From the IMG/VR virus record IMGVR_UViG_3300032315_000748: a DNA stretch of 64,000 nt; one strand, 5' to 3'. This document shows positions 27,160 through 36,881 of this stretch, piece after piece. The position numbers were made by a program, and so were the translations under genes. The notes beneath the pieces were generated by a model, which searched no databases, was not told the DNA's origin, and saw nothing but the letters and a program-made list of their open reading frames with translations. Each line of letters opens with the position of its first letter. The stretch's first letter is position 1. This DNA is from a virus.

Positions 27160-27279
27160 ATGAAATTCGGATGGACCCCTGAAGCAGAGACTCTTAATGG
27201 TCGCCTCGCTATGCTTGGTTTCGTAATCGCAGTCGGAACCTATCTCACCACCGGGCAAATTGTGCCTGGAGTATGGTGA
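27160..27279 (+). CDS. hli: High-light-inducible protein (short form)
   Basis: MKFGWTPEAETLNGRLAMLGF...TGQIVPGVW; AAGGAG RBS. Confidence 0.92.
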   Translation: MKFGWTPEAETLNGRLAMLGFVIAVGTYLTTGQIVPGVW

Positions 27280-27318
27280 GACCCTAACACAAGTAAGCAA
27301 TTATGCTTATCCTTTGCT

Positions 27319-27351
27319 ATCCTCACTCTAAATACGAGTGAGGATTTTTTT
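27319..27351 (+). terminator. Rho-independent terminator
   Basis: ATCCTCACTC/GAGTGAGGAT + T run. Confidence 0.8.
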
Positions 27352-27486
27352 ATTTAAATGATCTATCATATTTTGGAAATTTATTTTTTGATTATGTTTT
27401 TATTTTTAGTGATGAGAGCGGCAACTTATAAGTAGCATTTGTATTGCGATGGAATAAATATTCTATAATGTAGAGAATATTGTTGG

Positions 27487-30036
27487 ATGAAATTTGATAA
27501 AATAAAAAAATATTCTAAAAAATCATCCAAGCATATTGATGAAAAGTTGCAATTTTTGAATTCTAAATTGCAACAAACCAATATGCTTTCTGAAATTCCA
27601 GCCAACAATACTTCGGGAATTTATGTAGTAGAACCAGAATATATTAGAACTGATATTGGGGAACCTGAAGTTCCAGTTGATTTAACACTAAATGGATCAA
27701 GTGGAAGAGATACTAGTGGTATCTTTGATTATGGAATTTCTTTGATGCAAGATCCGCCAGGGGATGCAAGTTATTTTCTTGGCCCAATAGTTTCCATTTA
27801 TGATTCTGATACAAATTCTACACAGATTGGATATGTCCGTGAATCTGATAGACATATGGTTAATCTGGGAAGAGTTGCTGGAACTTTAGATGCTTGGGAT
27901 GGTTCTAGTGGATTTACCAGTTATGGACAACTTACTGCTGAACAAGTCTCTTGGTATAGAACACAATATTCATCAAATAAAGTAGCAGATTATCCGGTAT
28001 TTTATACAGGTCTTTCTAGAACTCAAAACAATTTATTACAAACTTTTGATAACTTTGGAAGAGTTGTAGCACAAATTCTAAATCTTCCGAAAGCATCATA
28101 CGAAATTCCAAATAGCAAACAATTCTCTTCTCCTGTTCCTCCTGGTGGTTTAAATTGGTATGCACTTCCGGGCCCTCCGTCAAACTTCAATGTCTTCTAT
28201 TATGATACAAATAATCCTCAACAATTGACTGATTATTTAATTCAAAGGGGGCAACAAAATAATATGGGATCATATCTTAATGGTGGTAATGGTCCTGGGT
28301 CTGCCATTAATGAACCTGCAAGTAGTGTTCAAGTCAATCGCCTTACAGGAGATGATTCTGGTTATGTTGAAGTAAGGATTAATGGTAAATTGAGTCTTCG
28401 TTGGTTGAACATCTATAATGCTAGTGATCCAATGTCCGATTGGATTGTAGGTATTACCAATTTGTTGAATCTAAATGCACAACCAATGACAGTACAGGGA
28501 ATAAGAAAGGTTACTACTACTAGAGTTCCTCCAGTAGTAGGACCATTTGATAAGAATTTGGCTCCTGGTTCTGCACTTCCAAAAAACCAACAAAAGGGTG
28601 GATTAATTAATAGTCTTCTGAATGCAATTGGTCAAGTTACTAAAACTGCCGGAAATTTTATGAAAGGTTTGGAAGATAAGATAAATGCCTATTTGAAATC
28701 TGCAGGGTCTCCTGCCGCAACATATTTGTCTTATGTGGCTGCTCAATTGGATTTAATTGATCCTACTCCCGATAAACCTTTTCGCGTTCCATTTACACAA
28801 CAAGATGCTCAACAATATTCAAATGCTATTAATGATGCATTGAATAAATTGAATATTGATGATCCATCCAAAATGACTCAAAGTGATTATAATAAATTAA
28901 ATAAATTAATCACCACTTCTACTTCTAAAAGTGAAGTTAGTGGATCCTCAATGGGTCAAAGTGCTTATCAAACTTTTTACAATTTAAGTGAGAAAGGAAG
29001 TAAAATAACAAAAAATCCAGATGGTAGTATTACAGTAACTGATACTTACCAATTTGATGGTCCTACTGATGTTGCTGGGGGAAATGTTCCTGGTGTAAAG
29101 GAATTATTAATATTGGCAGGACAGCATAGAATGAATACTCTTACACCAGCAGAAAGAAAAAATGATATTCAATGGAGTTCCCAGGAAACAGGTGATCCTA
29201 GATATTATGTAAATGATGTAAGTTTAAAACCAATCTATATTACTGCAACTTTACCTCCTCCATCATCTACTAAATCAACTCTCAAACAATCTACTGAATA
29301 TTCAAGAAGACTTCAAATTCTCAAAGAAGTCAAAAAACCTTATGTTCTTCCAGAACAAAAGAAAGTAAAGATAACTAGAAGACCAAGAGTGATTGGATCT
29401 TCTATGATGAAAGATCCTAAAATTGAACAACCTTTTAAACAAAGAGAAGAAAACATTTGGGGACGAAAAGAATATCAACAAAATGTAAGACTATCACAAG
29501 GAAGAATGAATGAAGTATTAGATAGAGTTGGAACTGGAGATCATTTCTGGGAATGGATGACTGAAAGAAATCATCAAAAGGGAAAGGATATTGCTTATAA
29601 TAATTTCAACGTCAATACTGACAAAGTAAAAGGAAAAGTAGTTCATAAAGAAGAAATTCGTGGTGATAAAATATTGATTGTTGAAGATCCTGAAACTCAT
29701 AAAAAAAGCAATATACTTCAATCTGAATTGAATGAATTGTTAGAAAAACAATTTGGTCATATTGCCGAAGAACCAAAAGAAGATGATTATACTGATAGTC
29801 TTTATAGAAAGTCACTAAAGAAACTTGGATATAATTTTAAGTATGATGACAAACCATCTTCAAGTGGTTATCCAAATAATCCACCGCCAGAAATGGTAAA
29901 TGGTTGGCATCCAGAATACGGAAAGAGAGATGCAATGTATAATAGGATGGACCCTAAAAGTGCTGAAGTTATGCAAAGAGTGAAGAAACTGGAAAAGGTA
30001 AAATCAATAGTAAAGAAATCCAAAGAAACCTCTTGA
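27487..30036 (+). CDS. Large hypothetical protein, probably virion-associated
   Basis: 849-aa ORF; basic N- and C-terminal parts; GYPNNPPPEMVNGWHPEYG motif. Confidence 0.55.
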   Translation: MKFDKIKKYSKKSSKHIDEKLQFLNSKLQQTNMLSEIPANNTSGIYVVEPEYIRTDIGEPEVPVDLTLNGSSGRDTSGIFDYGISLMQDPPGDASYFLGPIVSIYDSDTNSTQIGYVRESDRHMVNLGRVAGTLDAWDGSSGFTSYGQLTAEQVSWYRTQYSSNKVADYPVFYTGLSRTQNNLLQTFDNFGRVVAQILNLPKASYEIPNSKQFSSPVPPGGLNWYALPGPPSNFNVFYYDTNNPQQLTDYLIQRGQQNNMGSYLNGGNGPGSAINEPASSVQVNRLTGDDSGYVEVRINGKLSLRWLNIYNASDPMSDWIVGITNLLNLNAQPMTVQGIRKVTTTRVPPVVGPFDKNLAPGSALPKNQQKGGLINSLLNAIGQVTKTAGNFMKGLEDKINAYLKSAGSPAATYLSYVAAQLDLIDPTPDKPFRVPFTQQDAQQYSNAINDALNKLNIDDPSKMTQSDYNKLNKLITTSTSKSEVSGSSMGQSAYQTFYNLSEKGSKITKNPDGSITVTDTYQFDGPTDVAGGNVPGVKELLILAGQHRMNTLTPAERKNDIQWSSQETGDPRYYVNDVSLKPIYITATLPPPSSTKSTLKQSTEYSRRLQILKEVKKPYVLPEQKKVKITRRPRVIGSSMMKDPKIEQPFKQREENIWGRKEYQQNVRLSQGRMNEVLDRVGTGDHFWEWMTERNHQKGKDIAYNNFNVNTDKVKGKVVHKEEIRGDKILIVEDPETHKKSNILQSELNELLEKQFGHIAEEPKEDDYTDSLYRKSLKKLGYNFKYDDKPSSSGYPNNPPPEMVNGWHPEYGKRDAMYNRMDPKSAEVMQRVKKLEKVKSIVKKSKETS

Positions 30037-30190
30037 CAAGGCCCAGGGTCCATGCTATGATAAATAAATAAGTCAGGAAACGAAGACGAATCTTTACGTT
30101 CCGTAACCTTCTGCAACCGAGATCATCAGAAGTAAAGCATCTCTCGTACCTATACTGGAGGGTGGTGTAGGAATACTGTACTTGTTCAGC
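30033..30190 (+). repeat. Truncated duplicate of psbA promoter/leader
   Basis: TTGACA-17-TATGAT then ~115 nt closely matching 31427-31543. Confidence 0.85.
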
Positions 30191-30219
30191 ATAAATAAGA
30201 TATAAATGAAATTTATAAA

Positions 30220-31380
30220 ATGTCTCTATCCACCAATACTGTTTATAGACTTTTTGTAGAAAAACTTGGTGGTTCTAATCCAACTACCTTTGTGGGGGAT
30301 GAAGGTGAAGTATTTTATAATCCAAATGATGGTGTTCTAAAAATATCAGATGGTTCTACTCCAACTGGAATAGTTATGAACCCAATAATGCCAGTTGGTT
30401 TTTTTACACCACCAGATAATCACTGGTATGTAAATCCAAATAGAACTGATACATACACTTCAACTGGTTCTGTTGCCGCTCCTTATAAAACTGTTGGTGC
30501 AGCATTAAGTGCAATTCAAAATGCTCTACAAACTGGAATTGTATCTTTTACTGATAATGGAGATAGTATTGCAAATCCACAATTTGTTATTCTTCAAAGT
30601 TCTACAACAGAGAATATAGGACTTACAACAGGACACATTTATATTCAAGGAGATACTACAAGTGGTTCTCAAATGCCCATATGGATTTATGGAACAGTCA
30701 CCATCAATCCAACAGTAGGAAGTTTATATCAAAACCGATTTGGTATTTCTAATCTTGGTATTGTAAATACTGGAAGTAATCCTGGTATTGGGACAACACA
30801 CTCATTAATAGTTACTGGTTCAGCACCTCTTCGTTGTTATCTAAATGATTGTAATATCATTGCAGGTTCTACAGGAAACCAGGCAATTTTTATGGATAAT
30901 AGTGGAACTGGAACTCAATTATATGCAGAAGTTCAACAATTATCCAGAGCAGGTACATCAGGAACTGATTATGTTGTAAAAGTCAGTAAAGGATATGCAT
31001 TTTTTAGTAACTGCTCAACTGGTGGTTCAACTGCTACATTTAATGTAAGTGGAACAGGAACTCTACAAATCCAGTATAGTAAAATTGACAGTGCTGGAGA
31101 AGCATGTGTAAAAGTTGATGGTGGAACTGCCATAGTTACTAGCACATCTCTAACAAATACTGTAGGACATGGAGTATCAATGACTGCTGGTACTCTTGTA
31201 ACAATCAATAATTACTTTGATATACCTTTATCTCCTGCCAGTAACAGAGCAATTGCTGGTGTCTCTGGAGTTACTGTTCTTCATTCCAATACAGTAGTTG
31301 CTTATGGAAAAAATGCAAAGTATAGCACTGCAATTGGTGCTGGATATATTGGATTAGTAACTGCATTAACTGCAACATAA
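30220..31380 (+). CDS. Virion fibre/adhesin-like protein (beta-helix)
   Basis: FVGDEGEVFYN...LKISDG fibre N-terminal motif; GS-x-x-x-PYKT; G/T/S-rich beta repeats. Confidence 0.6.
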   Translation: MSLSTNTVYRLFVEKLGGSNPTTFVGDEGEVFYNPNDGVLKISDGSTPTGIVMNPIMPVGFFTPPDNHWYVNPNRTDTYTSTGSVAAPYKTVGAALSAIQNALQTGIVSFTDNGDSIANPQFVILQSSTTENIGLTTGHIYIQGDTTSGSQMPIWIYGTVTINPTVGSLYQNRFGISNLGIVNTGSNPGIGTTHSLIVTGSAPLRCYLNDCNIIAGSTGNQAIFMDNSGTGTQLYAEVQQLSRAGTSGTDYVVKVSKGYAFFSNCSTGGSTATFNVSGTGTLQIQYSKIDSAGEACVKVDGGTAIVTSTSLTNTVGHGVSMTAGTLVTINNYFDIPLSPASNRAIAGVSGVTVLHSNTVVAYGKNAKYSTAIGAGYIGLVTALTAT

Positions 31381-31398
31381 TTTATTTGAGGAAGGGGG

Positions 31399-31587
31399 TT
31401 GACAGCAGGTTCTGATGGTGTTATGATAAATAAGTCAGGAAACGAAGACAAAACTTTACGTTTCTTAACCTTCTGCAACCGAGACCATCAGAAGTAAAGT
31501 GTCTCTCATATCCGTACTGGAGGGTGGTATGGAAATAACTGTAACATTCAGTTCCCCCTGAATTCTTATTTTACCCTTTAACGAAAA
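31399..31587 (+). ncRNA. psbA promoter and structured 5' UTR (PhotoRC-II-like)
   Basis: TTGACA-17-TATGAT; CTTCTG/CAGAAG stem; GGAGGG loop complementary to downstream CCCCCT; position upstream of phage psbA. Confidence 0.6.
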
Positions 31588-32667
31588 ATGACTGCTACAA
31601 TTGCTACACGTTCTAATGATAATCTTTGGGAGGATTTTTGCTCCTGGATTACTTCAACTGATAATAGATTGTACGTCGGGTGGTTCGGAGTCCTTATGAT
31701 TCCTTGCCTTCTTGCTGCAACTACTTGTTTCATCATCGCATTCATCGGTGCCCCCCCTGTGGACATTGATGGCATTCGTGAACCAGTTGCTGGTTCTCTG
31801 ATGTACGGAAACAACATCATCTCTGGTGCCGTTGTTCCTTCTTCTAATGCCATTGGACTTCACTTCTATCCTATCTGGGAAGCTGCTTCTCTGGATGAAT
31901 GGTTGTATAATGGTGGACCTTTCCAACTGGTAATCTTCCACTTCCTGATTGGTATCTTCTCCTATATGGGACGTGAATGGGAACTCTCCTACCGTCTAGG
32001 TATGCGTCCTTGGATTATGGTTGCTTACTCTGCACCTGTTGCTGCTGCTACTGCCGTATTCCTTGTGTATCCTTTCGGTCAAGGTTCGTTCTCTGATGCG
32101 ATGCCTTTGGGTATTTCCGGTACATTTAACTACATGCTTGTATTCCAGGCAGAACATAACATTCTGATGCACCCATTCCATATGCTTGGAGTTGCTGGTG
32201 TCTTCGGTGGTTCATTGTTCTCTGCGATGCACGGTTCTTTGGTTACATCTTCACTGGTTCGTGAAACTACTGAATCTGAAAGTCAGAACTACGGTTATAA
32301 GTTTGGACAAGAAGAAGAGACTTATAACATAATTGCGGCTCACGGGTATTTTGGTCGTCTTATCTTTCAATATGCGTCCTTTAATAACTCCCGTTCGTTG
32401 CACTTCTTCCTTGCTGCCTGGCCGGTAGTCGGTATCTGGTTTGCTGCTCTTGGTGTTTCTACCATGGCATTCAACTTGAACGGATTTAACTATAATGGTT
32501 CTATCGTGGACAATCAAGAACGTGTAATTCCTACTTGGGCAGACATTCTTAACCGTGCTGGTCTCGGTTTTGAAGTTATGCATGAGAGAAATGCACATAA
32601 TTTTCCTTTAGACCTTGCTGCTGCCCAAACAACTCAAGTTGCTTTGACTGCACCTTCTATCGGTTGA
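31588..32667 (+). CDS. psbA: Photosystem II D1 protein
   Basis: Full-length D1, intron-free, [13 protein letters not shown]. Confidence 0.99.
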   Translation: MTATIATRSNDNLWEDFCSWITSTDNRLYVGWFGVLMIPCLLAATTCFIIAFIGAPPVDIDGIREPVAGSLMYGNNIISGAVVPSSNAIGLHFYPIWEAASLDEWLYNGGPFQLVIFHFLIGIFSYMGREWELSYRLGMRPWIMVAYSAPVAAATAVFLVYPFGQGSFSDAMPLGISGTFNYMLVFQAEHNILMHPFHMLGVAGVFGGSLFSAMHGSLVTSSLVRETTESESQNYGYKFGQEEETYNIIAAHGYFGRLIFQYASFNNSRSLHFFLAAWPVVGIWFAALGVSTMAFNLNGFNYNGSIVDNQERVIPTWADILNRAGLGFEVMHERNAHNFPLDLAAAQTTQVALTAPSIG

Positions 32668-32677
32668 TATAATAAGG

Positions 32678-32702
32678 AGGAACTCTTCGGAGTTCCTTTT
32701 TT
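32678..32702 (+). terminator. psbA terminator
   Basis: GGAACTC-TTCG-GAGTTCC + T run. Confidence 0.9.
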
Positions 32703-32756
32703 ATTTGCTAAATAGTTGAAGTTATGCTATAATAACTTCAATCAATAAAAAGAACT

Positions 32757-33185
32757 ATGAAAACCTGTAAAATCTGCAATCAACCAAAACCACTTACAGA
32801 ATTTTACCAAACTGTAAGAAATGGTGAACCTTATGGTCATCATGGAAAATGTAAATCTTGTTATATTAAAAAACAACAGAAAAATTATGACCCCATAAAA
32901 AAGAGGGATGAGAATTTAAAAAGACTTTATGGTATTGGATTAAATGATTATAATATCCTATTAGAAAAACAAGGTCATAAATGTGCCATTTGCGGAACTA
33001 CTGACCCAAAGGGTAGAAAGAGTGGAAGAGGTGGTTCTATAGATGTATTTTTTGTAGACCATAATCATCAAACAGGGGAGGTTAGAGGTCTTCTTTGTAA
33101 TATTTGTAATAGGACAATTGGTTATGTAAATGAAGATGTAGAACTTATCAAGAATATGATTAAATATGTTAAAAAGCATCAATAA
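32757..33185 (+). mobile_element. Endonuclease VII-family free-standing homing endonuclease (F-CphI-like)
   Basis: CKIC..CKSC Zn finger; CAIC, VDHNH, VRGLLCNICN; directly downstream of psbA. Confidence 0.8.
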
Positions 33186-33273
33186 AAAATGCTCTATATC
33201 CTCCTCCTCTTCCAGTTATTCGGAGTATTCCTCTTTCTAATGTCCCTACTATAAAACCTCAAGGACGGTAAAT

Positions 33274-33897
33274 ATGGCTTATCTAAATCACAACCTTCCA
33301 GATTGGAGTTGTTATATTCGTAATGAGTTTCTATATAATCACAAAAAAGGACAAGGTGAAGTCACAAAATGTGATGTTCACTCTGTCGCAAGTATGGAGA
33401 AAAGAGTTCCATTATTTGAATGTTTTCTAGAGAATGGTGTAAACTGGACACGCAGACCACTACAGTCACTTTGTTGGAGACCTGATGCAGAAATAGAACC
33501 TCTCAATCAAATTATGTATTGGGATTGTTTCTCTTCTTATGTGGATGTTCAACGAAGGAATCGTCTTGCCGGATTGAAAGCAGAACTTATTCGTCCTGAT
33601 AATACTAAAGTACAAGGTGAGTACATGTTCACTCTTGACTGGGGATTTGAGAATAAGGCAATGACGGACTTTAATTATTCAGAAACTCCAGAACATAAAT
33701 GCGCTCATTTGTTCAAGGTGGAGACTGGTAATTATTATGCATATCCAAATAATAGAATTATATGGTATGATAGTGCCTGGACATTCAATCGCATAGAATC
33801 AAATCCAGGATATGAGATTGATACTAATTTATATTCTGTAGAAAATACAAGAACCTTTGAGACTTCGGATCATTACATTTACGACATTAAGGAATGA
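33274..33897 (+). CDS. Conserved phage hypothetical protein
   Basis: Long ORF with RBS. Confidence 0.7.
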   Translation: MAYLNHNLPDWSCYIRNEFLYNHKKGQGEVTKCDVHSVASMEKRVPLFECFLENGVNWTRRPLQSLCWRPDAEIEPLNQIMYWDCFSSYVDVQRRNRLAGLKAELIRPDNTKVQGEYMFTLDWGFENKAMTDFNYSETPEHKCAHLFKVETGNYYAYPNNRIIWYDSAWTFNRIESNPGYEIDTNLYSVENTRTFETSDHYIYDIKE

Positions 33898-34027
33898 ATT
33901 TGGGTTATGATTTCCTCAACAACTCCATACAAACTTGCAGAAATAATCAGAGATACGTGGTATAATCTTTATACACCAACCAAGTACAATCAAATTCACA
34001 AAGAACTTAAATTGAGAGAGAAATCAA

Positions 34028-34336
34028 ATGACGAACAAAATTGAAACTTATGGAAATCCTTTTCGTTCCGGTGAAAAGAATATTGATGACCTTTATAAGA
34101 AACTGATTGAAGACCTTGCAGAACAAAGTCGTGAGGAGCAGAAGTTTCAATACATCTTTGCGGATGTATGTACTGTAATGAAAGATTTGGGATGGGACGC
34201 AAGTGATACTATTCTCACACAGATCGCAGGAACTCTCAAGAGTGATAAGTTCATTGTGATTAAGAATGAGTCTCTCAATCCTAGACCTGATTCCAGGGCA
34301 CTTCCTGAAGGACAGGGAAAACCTTTTAAACCTTAA
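34028..34336 (+). CDS. Hypothetical protein
   Basis: ORF with plausible codon use. Confidence 0.6.
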   Translation: MTNKIETYGNPFRSGEKNIDDLYKKLIEDLAEQSREEQKFQYIFADVCTVMKDLGWDASDTILTQIAGTLKSDKFIVIKNESLNPRPDSRALPEGQGKPFKP

Positions 34337-34362
34337 ATAGATAAGGAGTAAAGAAAATCAAA

Positions 34363-35067
34363 ATGACTTACGATACGGTCTTCATTTCTGATGTCCACCT
34401 GGGCACCGATAGATGTAATACTGAAAAGTTCCTGAAGTTTCTAAAAGAACTTAAAACCAAAAAACTTGTAATGGTTGGAGATATTCTAGACATTCATTGT
34501 ATGGAAAAGTATCATACAAGATGGAAGAAAGAACATACGGAATGTGTTCACGCAATTTTGAACCTATGCAAAAAAGGCACAGAAGTTGTCTATGTTCTTG
34601 GTAATCACGAAGCAACGATGAGAAGATACTGTGATTTTGAACACAAGAATCTTCTGATTTGTAATGAATACGTTCATAAGGATTCCAAAGGAAATAAGTT
34701 CCTATGTGTTCACGGAGATAAGTATTCTGAATATTCTTCAGGTTCTTGGAAGCAACTTATCTTTAATTGGGGATATGAGTTCGTCACACCTTTGAGTATT
34801 TGGTTGAATAGATTTTTTAGATTTTCTTTGGTTCATTACCTAAAGAATACCGTAAGAGGTAAAGAGTATATTGATAAGTATGAGAATGATATTATTGGAT
34901 ATTGTATTCAGCAAGATAAAAAGTATGCCGGAATTATCTGTGGGCATATTCATTCAGGAAACATTCGTCAGTTTGGTAAGGTGATGTATATGTGCTGTGG
35001 AGACTGGTGTGACCAGTGTACTGCGATTGTGGAAAAGAATGGAGTTTATTGTTTAGAGAAGTATTGA
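34363..35067 (+). CDS. Calcineurin-like metallophosphoesterase (LpxH/LpxH2-like)
   Basis: FISDVHLG, GDILD, GNHE, HGD, CGHIH, GDW. Confidence 0.85.
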   Translation: MTYDTVFISDVHLGTDRCNTEKFLKFLKELKTKKLVMVGDILDIHCMEKYHTRWKKEHTECVHAILNLCKKGTEVVYVLGNHEATMRRYCDFEHKNLLICNEYVHKDSKGNKFLCVHGDKYSEYSSGSWKQLIFNWGYEFVTPLSIWLNRFFRFSLVHYLKNTVRGKEYIDKYENDIIGYCIQQDKKYAGIICGHIHSGNIRQFGKVMYMCCGDWCDQCTAIVEKNGVYCLEKY

Positions 35068-35081
35068 ATAAATTGTAAAAA

Positions 35082-35243
35082 ATGTATACACCTGAGGGAT
35101 ATTTGACAGACCCCCCAGATGCAAGATGTCCATACTGTGGAGGGAAGAAAAAAGTTTGTTCTTATGTAGATAGTTTAATTCGTATTTGGGGAAGAGATGC
35201 CTGCAAAAAGAAACATAATATTAGATTTAAAAACTTAGAATAA
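35082..35243 (+). CDS. Small Cys-rich protein
   Basis: MYTPEGYLTDPPDARCPYCGGKKKVCSY...C; 53 aa. Confidence 0.5.
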   Translation: MYTPEGYLTDPPDARCPYCGGKKKVCSYVDSLIRIWGRDACKKKHNIRFKNLE

Positions 35244-35266
35244 ATACTTGTAAGTCGCAATTACTT

Positions 35267-35638
35267 ATGGTTCCTCTGCACTCGCCTAAGGACTATCTGT
35301 TTAATTTACATACCTCATCTAAAAGTGAAGCAAAACGATTATGGAGACAGAATATAAAAGATGCCTGGAATCACGAGTGTGCTTATTGCGAATCCAAAGA
35401 AAACATAACACTAGACCACGTTATACCTCAATGTAAGGGTGGTCTAGATATTAAAACAAATGTAATTGCTTGTTGCCATTCTTGCAATCAATCCAAAGGT
35501 CATATACCTTGGGAAGAATGGTATTATAATCAGTGCTTCTTTTCTATTGAGAACTATGATAAGATCAAAGAATGGATGAAACCTGATGCTCCTTCAAATG
35601 TTTTTGCTTATAAACCAAGAAGAAATATCAATTACTAA
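35267..35638 (+). CDS. HNH endonuclease
   Basis: CAYC, TLDHVIP..KGG, N..ACCHSCNQSKG. Confidence 0.9.
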   Translation: MVPLHSPKDYLFNLHTSSKSEAKRLWRQNIKDAWNHECAYCESKENITLDHVIPQCKGGLDIKTNVIACCHSCNQSKGHIPWEEWYYNQCFFSIENYDKIKEWMKPDAPSNVFAYKPRRNINY

Positions 35639-35661
35639 ATACCAAGTATGAAAAAAACGAA

Positions 35662-36012
35662 ATGCAAATAGAAACATTGGGAGTACATTATATTTTAGAT
35701 TTATGTTCTTGTAATGTAACTCTATTGAATGATACTACTCATATTATGAGTTCGCTAAAAGAAGCGATATTAAAATCAAATGCTACATTACTTGAAGAAC
35801 TTAAATACGAATTTACTCCTCAAGGAGTAACAGCAATTTGTTTATTGTCAGAAAGTCATATTTCCATTCATACTTGGCCAGAAAAGCAATATGCGGCAGT
35901 AGATATTTTCACTTGTGGCGATCATACGCAACCAGCAAAGGCTTGCGAATATATGATAGATGCACTAGAATCTAAGAAGCCAAATATGACTATTGTAACT
36001 AGAGGCATATGA
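35662..36012 (+). CDS. speD: S-adenosylmethionine decarboxylase proenzyme
   Basis: PQGVT, LSESHISIHTWPE, DIFTCG. Confidence 0.95.
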   Translation: MQIETLGVHYILDLCSCNVTLLNDTTHIMSSLKEAILKSNATLLEELKYEFTPQGVTAICLLSESHISIHTWPEKQYAAVDIFTCGDHTQPAKACEYMIDALESKKPNMTIVTRGI

Positions 36013-36100
36013 TTTCTGGCAGTATTAGCCCCCTAGAAGTCCTAGGGGGATCTATAATTTCATTTTTAATTCTTTTTTTACCACTATTGTTAATATTACT

Positions 36101-36349
36101 ATGAGTTTTACAGTTTATTCCAAGCACGGATGCCCATATTGTGATAAAGTTAAAACAGTTTTGAGTCACGTTTCTGCTATAAAAGGAACTCCAGTTGTTT
36201 ATTATGACTTGGGGATTAATTTTACAAGAGAAGAATTTTATGTTGAATTTGGGGAAGGATCTACTTTTCCTCAAGTCATTTACGAAAATGCTCATTTGGG
36301 TGGATGCTCTGATACAGTTAAGTTTTTACAAGAACAGAATATGCTTTGA
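36101..36349 (+). CDS. Glutaredoxin
   Basis: CPYC, TFPQV, LGGCSD. Confidence 0.92.
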   Translation: MSFTVYSKHGCPYCDKVKTVLSHVSAIKGTPVVYYDLGINFTREEFYVEFGEGSTFPQVIYENAHLGGCSDTVKFLQEQNML

Positions 36350-36534
36350 TGGATTCTATAAATAAGTTTGAAAGTCACGACATTAATCGTGGCGTTGAAT
36401 TAATGCTTCGTCGGAGGGAAAAACGCATTCCAGAAGAACTTAAAGAAAGAAGGTTCGCTTTTGGTAGAGTTTTTTCCTTTCTGAAAAGGGAAATACGATT
36501 TAATTTTGAACTTTCTATAATTAAAAAAACGTAA
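36346..36534 (+). CDS. Hypothetical protein
   Basis: Operon-packed ORF. Confidence 0.55.
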   Translation: MMDSINKFESHDINRGVELMLRRREKRIPEELKERRFAFGRVFSFLKREIRFNFELSIIKKT

Positions 36535-36552
36535 ATTTCTCGGAGTAATAAA

Positions 36553-36837
36553 ATGACCGCACCAGAACTCACACTTTTTTGTTTAGTTAGTTTTTTATTT
36601 TTATGCGTTGGTGTAGTTGGTGGTTGGGGATTAAAGTCTTATCTAGATAATATGCTTCCTTCTAGACTGGGTGTTCTTCATCAAGAGTTCTTTGATGAAG
36701 ATGGTAATGTAATTGCTGATGAAGTAGTTTCTCTTCGTTTGGAATCTGGATTTCTTGAAGAATTTCAAGAAGAATATAGAGGTCTTTTTGATGAAGACGA
36801 TGACGATGATGATGACGATGATGACGATGAAAAATAA
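36553..36837 (+). CDS. Membrane protein with poly-Asp tail
   Basis: N-terminal TM; HQEFFDEDGN. Confidence 0.6.
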   Translation: MTAPELTLFCLVSFLFLCVGVVGGWGLKSYLDNMLPSRLGVLHQEFFDEDGNVIADEVVSLRLESGFLEEFQEEYRGLFDEDDDDDDDDDDDEK

Positions 36838-36881
36838 TAGATAGATAGTATTATAAATTATTACTGATTTTTTAAACAAAT

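Noticed and set aside
31588-32667. Group I intron in psbA
   Set aside because: ORF is continuous and of normal length
36790-36830. GAT/GAC microsatellite
   Set aside because: Simply encodes a poly-Asp tail
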